Source: Candidatus Methanomethylicia archaeon
GTDB lineage: Archaea > Thermoproteota > Methanomethylicia > CALHIW01
Assembly (NCBI GenBank): GCA_038845975.1
Contig: JAWBQF010000028.1
Span: 1 to 36,170 of the forward strand
Length of the DNA stretch: 36,170 bases
Direction: 5' to 3'
Part shown: positions 30,844 through 36,170 of the stretch, in pieces
How the letters are laid out: every line of letters begins with the position of its first letter
Numbering within the stretch: the stretch's first letter is position 1
Notes under the pieces: model-generated
Databases searched by the model: none
The model's input: the letters and a program-made list of their open reading frames with translations, nothing else
Told to the model about the DNA's origin: nothing
Program-made: the position numbers and the translations under genes

Positions 30844-31025
30844 TCAAGATATTTAAGTCTTGTGTTTTATGTTTATGGTGGCTTGTAGTTTTGGTAGCGA
30901 ATTGATTAGGTTTCTGCTTTCCTATTTGTTATGATTAAGATATGTTACTTCTATGTTGTTAGTATAAAGACAAAAATAATACCTAACAACAAACCACATA
31001 AAATATAAAACCTAAATATTCTGGA
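30844..31025. repeat. Long imperfect inverted repeat (foldback, MITE-like)
   Basis: Left arm TCAAGATATTTAAGTCTTGTGTTTTATG..GTGGCTTGTAGTTTTGGTA vs rc of right arm TCCAGAATATTTAGGTTTTATATTTTATGTGGTTTGTTGTTAGGTA. Confidence 0.65.
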
Positions 31026-31278
31026 TCTTTATATGTTAGGAATATGAGTGTAATCATTAGTATTAGCAATGTAATGCTATGGCACATCTGCCAAGCATGT
31101 TCAAACTTCTTTCAACTTTAAATTAAATCCTATTTTAGATTTCATTATCCCAATTTTCACTTTTTTATATATTAAAGGAAGCAGGATTCCTACATAGAAA
31201 AGTACTCAGATTCTGCTATTTGCCATAAATTTAAGAGGTTAAATACAGTACATAAAGTTGCAAGCCTGTTAATTTTAT

Positions 31279-31294
31279 CGAAAAATTTAAATTT
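31279..31294 (+). promoter_or_regulatory. Putative BRE/TATA promoter for rpl15-secY
   Basis: CGAAAAA-TTTAAATTT about 35 nt upstream of rpl15 ATG. Confidence 0.5.
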
Positions 31295-31328
31295 CTTATA
31301 GTATTCAAGCACTAATTCTGGTGTCTTT

Positions 31329-31763
31329 ATGGTTGTAAGGAGAAGGCGGAAAGCAAGAAAGCTTAGAGGCTCAAGAACTCATGGATGGGGTCGTGTAGGG
31401 CAACATAGAAAATCAGGTAGTAGAGGTGGTTTTGGTCATGCAGGTATGCATAAACATAAATGGAGCTATACAGTTAAATATGCAAAGAACTATTTTGGTA
31501 AGAAAGGATTTATTAAGCCTAAATCAACAGTATATGCTAAAAATGTAATAAATATAGGTGATCTTGAATCTCTATTATCTGATAGAGGAATAAAATTTAC
31601 TGATAATAAGGTAATCATTGATTTAGAGTCATTGGGTTATGATAAGCTTTTAGGTTCAGGTCGAATAACAAGGCCAATGATTGTAAAGGTTAAAGAAGCT
31701 ACTAAAAAAGCTCAAGAAAAAATAGTTAAATCTGGTGGTGAAGTTTTAATTATGAAAAAGTAA
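31329..31763 (+). CDS. rpl15: 50S ribosomal protein L15
   Basis: RGSRTHGWGRVGQHR, GHAGMHKHKW, KLLGSG. Confidence 0.98.
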   Translation: MVVRRRRKARKLRGSRTHGWGRVGQHRKSGSRGGFGHAGMHKHKWSYTVKYAKNYFGKKGFIKPKSTVYAKNVINIGDLESLLSDRGIKFTDNKVIIDLESLGYDKLLGSGRITRPMIVKVKEATKKAQEKIVKSGGEVLIMKK

Positions 31764-31777
31764 CTATGGTGTAATGT

Positions 31778-33226
31778 TTGAGTAGAATGCTTGATCTTCT
31801 TGAACGTATAAGTAATATATTGCCAGTCATCCAGAAGCCTGAAAAGAGGGTTTCTTTAAGAGATAAATTTATCTGGACTGCGATTGTATTAACAATATAT
31901 TTGATTATGGGGCAAGTACCACTCTACGGGGTCTCAGTAGTTACTGAAGAACCTACAGCTGCCTTTTACCGCATAATATTTGCCTCTAGACACGGTACCC
32001 TCCTTGAACTTGGAATAGGACCAATAGTAACTGCAGGTCTAATAATGCAGCTTCTTGTAGGATCGAAAATAATAAAGTTAGATCTAAGTAAGCCCAGAGA
32101 TAGAGCTATATTTACGTCGTCACAAAAACTTCTTACATTTATAATGATACTAGTTGAAGCCTCAGCTTATGCATTTAGTGGTATGTATGGTCAATTAAGC
32201 CCTAATCTATCTTTAATTGTACTTTTTCAACTTGCAGTAGCAAGTATACTGATAATGTTAATGGATGAGCTTATACAGAAAGGATGGGGTCTCGGTAGTG
32301 GTATAAGTCTTTTTATAGCTGCTGGTGTTGCTCAGCAAATTATTAGATATACTATCGCTCCGATTTCCCTTGGAAGGAGTAATGGATATATCGAATATCT
32401 TGGAGTAATACCAAATGCTATAAGTATTATCATGTCCGGTGGACCAGTGATTGAAGCTATTATAAGACCACATGGAAATATTCCCGGTCTTCTTGGATTC
32501 CTTACCATGATAATCCTACTAGTAGCTATCATATATCTGCAAGGTATGCGTATTGAAATTCCCATTACCCATGCTAAGTATGGTGGAATTAAAGCCAAGA
32601 TTCCTCTTCAATTCCTTTATGTATCAAACATTCCAGTAATACTTGCATCAGCTTTATTTGCGAATATAATGCTTTTTTCAAGATTTCTTCAAAGTACGCT
32701 AAATCCGGATGGTACAAACTGGTTTATAAACGCTCTAGGAGTATTTAACAGCACCATGGGAGCGCTCTCCTCTATACCTACTGGTGGTATTGCCTACTAT
32801 ATTAACCCTCCAAGAGGTTTAAGTCAAATAATTGCTAATCCATCAGAGATTATCCATGCGGTTGTATACACTTTAATTCTATGCACAGTATGCGTATTGT
32901 TTGCAATAGCCTGGGTTGAAACTTCCGGGTTGAGTGCCAGAGATCAAGCTGAACAAATCATTAAATCAGGGTTACAAATACCAGGTTTTAGATCTTCCGA
33001 ATCCATCATTAAAGAAAAACTTAATGAATACATCAAACCATTAACAGTTCTTAGTGGTTTTATGGTTGGTATTATTGCTGCACTTGGAGATTTATTTGAA
33101 GTCATAGGTAGTGGTATTGGTCTTCTCCTACTTGTAGGTATACTATGGCAATATTACCAAATACTTATTCGTGAACGTATAGCTGAAACATACCCAGCCA
33201 TATCAAGATTAATAGGTGAAACATAA
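31778..33226 (+). CDS. secY: Protein translocase subunit SecY
   Basis: ELGIGPIVTAGLIMQLL, KGWGLGSGISLFIAAGVA, LYVSNIPVILASAL, QIPGFR; multiple hydrophobic segments. Confidence 0.98.
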   Translation: MSRMLDLLERISNILPVIQKPEKRVSLRDKFIWTAIVLTIYLIMGQVPLYGVSVVTEEPTAAFYRIIFASRHGTLLELGIGPIVTAGLIMQLLVGSKIIKLDLSKPRDRAIFTSSQKLLTFIMILVEASAYAFSGMYGQLSPNLSLIVLFQLAVASILIMLMDELIQKGWGLGSGISLFIAAGVAQQIIRYTIAPISLGRSNGYIEYLGVIPNAISIIMSGGPVIEAIIRPHGNIPGLLGFLTMIILLVAIIYLQGMRIEIPITHAKYGGIKAKIPLQFLYVSNIPVILASALFANIMLFSRFLQSTLNPDGTNWFINALGVFNSTMGALSSIPTGGIAYYINPPRGLSQIIANPSEIIHAVVYTLILCTVCVLFAIAWVETSGLSARDQAEQIIKSGLQIPGFRSSESIIKEKLNEYIKPLTVLSGFMVGIIAALGDLFEVIGSGIGLLLLVGILWQYYQILIRERIAETYPAISRLIGET

Positions 33227-33280
33227 TCATTAATAATTTTTACTGTTAAACTTATATTCTAATATTCTATATTCTAATAT

Positions 33281-33374
33281 GCCGGGGTGGCCGAGTGGAC
33301 TAAGGCGCAGGCCTGGAGATAAACTAGAAAGCCTGTGCCCTTTGGGTGCGTGGGTTCAAATCCCACCCCCGGCG
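33281..33374 (+). tRNA. tRNA-Ser(GGA) with 11-nt intron 33319-33329 at 37/38
   Basis: Cloverleaf with CAGGC/GCCTG anticodon stem, anticodon GGA at 33315-33317; CTGG pairs with intron CTAG between AGA and AAA bulges; TATA-like CTTATATT about 25 nt upstream. Confidence 0.95.
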
Positions 33375-33839
33375 TTCATTTCTTAAAGATATTTAAAACC
33401 TATTCTCATTAAGCTCTTTCCATTAATTGGATTATTTTTGAACGCTAAATTGATAGGTCACTTGGATGTTCTAATCCCTTTCTTGACGCAGCCCTTATAG
33501 ACGTAAACTCATATTCTTCTGGTTGTGAAAACTTGTCTCTATCTTACCCTGGATAGAATTCTGTAATAGTTTATCTCTTGAAAATATTTTATGTCTTGCC
33601 ATAAGAGCAGAGTTTCATTCTTCTTCTAATAACTTTATTGTTAACCGTTTTTGTCATGCAGATGCCTTGCGAATTTAGATATTGAATATTATGGTTAATG
33701 GCTTAGTTCATAAAGACAATTGACAATAAAAGAAATTTAAATATTTTACAATTAAAAGAATCAATCTTAAACCTTGAACTGAGACTTAATAGGAATTACT
33801 GAATATAGTTAGTAGGTATGTTTAAGTCCATAAACTCGA

Positions 33840-33985
33840 ATCCTCTACTATTTCCCTAAATCACACTAGAAAAAGCTAATAAAACTTACAATATGAGTGA
33901 ATTCTCCTACTAAAATCCATAACTACTAATCATATGAATATATAGTAAGAACATCTTTACTTAACATCTAAAGTTAACAAATAAT
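33840..33985 (-). mobile_element. Degenerate IS6 lineage A-like left-end fragment
   Basis: rc of 33967-33981 (TTTGTTAACTTTAGA) equals 21966-21980; weak similarity continues inward. Confidence 0.45.
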
Positions 33986-34014
33986 GAAATATTAAGTGGA
34001 CCTAACTTAATACG

Positions 34015-34971
34015 TTACCATACTTTAGGATATACTTTCCTTTTCATGATTACTCTTATTGTTTTCACAACTACTCCATAATCCATCTCAAATATTTCCG
34101 AACTGGTCCTAAGTGCAGTACCTAAAGCAATAAGTTCATTTTTTAACGTCATTAATGCAACTAAACTTCCCCTCTTAATCGTCGAATCAAGTCTTACAAC
34201 TCCTTGAGCGTAAAGATTAGCTCCATTACATATGGCATCAACAGCCGAATCTCTTACAAATATTTTAGGTGTATCTGCAACAAGTCTTTCCATAGGCTGT
34301 ATTACCTTTCTTAAAAAAGTTTCATCCTTACTTTCAAGCCACATATCATAGGCATCTTTAAGCTTATGAAGAGTTGTAAGACTTGAATCCTCCTTAAATG
34401 GTCCTGAAGATATTCTTCTTAATTCTTGCATGTGTCCTCCAACTCCAAGTAGTATGCCTATGTGATGACATAGCATTCTTATGTATGTTCCAGATTCGCA
34501 TTTTATATGAAAAAGAACATTTCTATTATCAACTTCTAATACTTCTAAATTATATATTTTTTTAATTCTTAAAGTTCTTTTTACAGCAGATCTTAATGGT
34601 GGTCTTTGATATATATCTCCTATAAAATAGGACATCGTCTTTCTTATTTTTTCTTCATCAACATCATCATGAAGTTTTAAAACACCGATATATTCCTTTT
34701 CAGCTTTAGATATTGCATATAATGCTTTGACAGCGTTTTCTAATGCTACTGGTAATACGCCTGAAACTCTAGGATCAAGGGTTCCAGCATGTCCAGCTTT
34801 ATTAAGAGATAGCATGCGTTTGACCCATGCTACTACTTGATGACTTGTAGGTCCTGGAGGTTTATCGAGGTTAATAACTCCATTTTGAATGTATTCCTTA
34901 ATAGGTCTTTCTTCAGGCCTACATCCATATTTCATATCAGTACTTTCATCGGCCTTAATTAGAACACCCAT
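34015..34971 (-). CDS. cbf5: Cbf5/TruB pseudouridine synthase with PUA domain
   Basis: INLDKPPGPTSHQV, GHAGTLDP, YQRPPLRSAVKR, CESGTYIR, DSAVDAICNGA. Confidence 0.97.
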   Translation of the reverse strand: MGVLIKADESTDMKYGCRPEERPIKEYIQNGVINLDKPPGPTSHQVVAWVKRMLSLNKAGHAGTLDPRVSGVLPVALENAVKALYAISKAEKEYIGVLKLHDDVDEEKIRKTMSYFIGDIYQRPPLRSAVKRTLRIKKIYNLEVLEVDNRNVLFHIKCESGTYIRMLCHHIGILLGVGGHMQELRRISSGPFKEDSSLTTLHKLKDAYDMWLESKDETFLRKVIQPMERLVADTPKIFVRDSAVDAICNGANLYAQGVVRLDSTIKRGSLVALMTLKNELIALGTALRTSSEIFEMDYGVVVKTIRVIMKRKVYPKVW

Positions 34972-34991
34972 TCTTGTCCCTGAATCAAATG

Positions 34992-35270
34992 TTATGCAGT
35001 ATTCTGCTTAGATTTAACTGAATATTCCTGAAGAGATGCTAGTACTCTTCGAACTTCACTATCAGGCGCCCCTCTACTTATATTTATCTTTTGTTCTGTG
35101 ATTGAAAGGTGCTTAATATTTACCCTTCTTCTTCTCACACCTGTAAGGTCCTTAGGACCTGTTATAATTACAAAATTATCATCAACTACGTCAACTATAA
35201 CGCATTTCCTATTCTTTTCTCTTCCTCTTGTCTTAATGCATACTCTTCCAATCAAGTCTAATAACGCCAT
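34992..35270 (-). CDS. rpl14e: 50S ribosomal protein L14e
   Basis: IGRVCIKTRGRE, CVIVDVVDDNFV, TGVRRRRVNIKHL. Confidence 0.96.
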   Translation of the reverse strand: MALLDLIGRVCIKTRGREKNRKCVIVDVVDDNFVIITGPKDLTGVRRRRVNIKHLSITEQKINISRGAPDSEVRRVLASLQEYSVKSKQNTA

Positions 35271-35363
35271 ATACAACCCCGGTATGTCAAAGCAATAGCA
35301 ATATTTTGAACTATTGTACTAGCTTTTTACGAACCTGCTTATAACCTTTTCTAAGATATGAAT

Positions 35364-35813
35364 AGTCTTGTGAACTTTAGCCTTATTTAGAGTTCTTTCC
35401 TTATTTATTGTGATGGCACAGTTAGTTTTGTTAGGGAGAAAACTGCATTTACTCCTATTGTTTATTGCTTACATATTTTTGTTCATCTAGATACTTCAAA
35501 TATTTTAAGCTTATTGTTGTAGATTTATATCTATACTGTCATTGTTTAGATCTTTAAGGTTCTTACTTGGATTTGATAGGAAACGCTAAGATTATTATGG
35601 TTAATGATACCGCTATGGGTGTAAGTTTTAGAGTAGGATTATGTATACTGCTTAAGTTGTTATTAGGGAATTCTTACATATGAATTTGTAAATACAAGAT
35701 TACAAATCTTGTAAATACGTTTACATTTCTACCATTTTCTTAAGAGGATCAGGCTACGTATGACTCTAAGGTAACTGTATTAACTGATGGAACTCTATGG
35801 AGCATCATGTTCA
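35364..35813 (+). mobile_element. Decayed IS6 lineage A copy (left part), interrupted by lineage B
   Basis: Starts AGTCTTGTGAACTTTAG; colinear with 21963-22410 (TTTGTTAGGGAGA, GTTTATTGCTTA, ATGGTT.ATGATAC, GTATTAA.TGATGGA). Confidence 0.8.
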
Positions 35814-36170
35814 GGATGTGGCAACTTAAGGGGTTGTATAAGTTTTGTTGTTACTTTTTATGTTGGTATTGGTGTTTGTAGTATCTTGTGGTTTTGAGGG
35901 GTTTTGTTGGGTGTTGAGGTTCTAGTATAGTTTTTATATTAGATGTTTGGGGTTGGAGTATTATTTGGTTATGGGTTTCTGGATGTTTTGGTAGGTGGGT
36001 GAATAGGTTTAGGGGTGAGTGTGGATCATTCTAGGGGTATAGGTGGGACTGGGGTTAATGCTAGTGTAGATTATTGAGTTATTTAGGTATTTAGGGGTGA
36101 AGTAATAGTTGTGAAGGTATTTAAGGGAATATTATGATGTTTAATTATTAATGAGGTATTGTGATGAGTA
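35814..36170 (+). mobile_element. Decayed IS6-like lineage B copy, runs off window
   Basis: Starts GGATGTGGCAACTTAAG; aligns with rc of 484-620 and 300-399; extremely G+T-rich. Confidence 0.6.

Noticed and set aside
31078-31227. Short IR TATGGCA..TGCCATA as another MITE
   Set aside because: Only about 9/10 match, no TSD or second copy
33253-33280. Tandem TATATTCTAATATTC repeat before the tRNA
   Set aside because: Under two copies of low-complexity sequence; likely slippage
742-35298. Antisense and alternate-frame ORFs in the track (e.g. 2701-2922, 7591-7914, 17966-18334, 24801-25190, 26104-26511, 32332-32598, 35098-35298)
   Set aside because: Shadows of conserved genes with no independent coding signal
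1-36170. CRISPR array, rRNA genes, integrase, or an integrated element bounded by the two tRNA-Ser genes
   Set aside because: No regularly spaced repeats, rRNA or recombinase; both tRNAs are complete with different anticodons and flank core genes

Overview
AT-rich archaeal chromosome segment, probably TACK/Thermoproteota (inferred from unsplit RpoB, split RpoA, no fusA between rps7 and tuf, and crenarchaeal-type r-proteins). It carries the core information-processing cluster: rpoH-rpoB-rpoA1-rpoA2-rpl30e-nusA-rps12-rps7, tuf-rps10-tRNA-Ser(TGA), archease and rtcB (convergent), a SPOUT methyltransferase, the S10/spc r-protein cluster through secY, tRNA-Ser(GGA), and an oppositely oriented rpl14e-cbf5 pair. 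Most long intergenic gaps hold decayed mobile DNA absent from the ORF track: two IS6-family lineages, an IS1595-family relic and several MITE-like elements, some splitting the r-protein cluster. Most notable observations: (1) the larger relics are G+T-rich at the left end and A+C-rich at the right end regardless of orientation, suggesting end-directed, strand-specific mutagenesis; (2) a two-intron tRNA-Ser with a 10-nt non-canonical 29/30 intron beside the splicing-ligase genes; (3) an unannotated 30-aa basic ORF heading the r-protein cluster; (4) probable non-AUG starts for rpl23 and rtcB; (5) an antisense AbrB-ACT-like gene inside the spc operon. All alignments and counts were done by eye.
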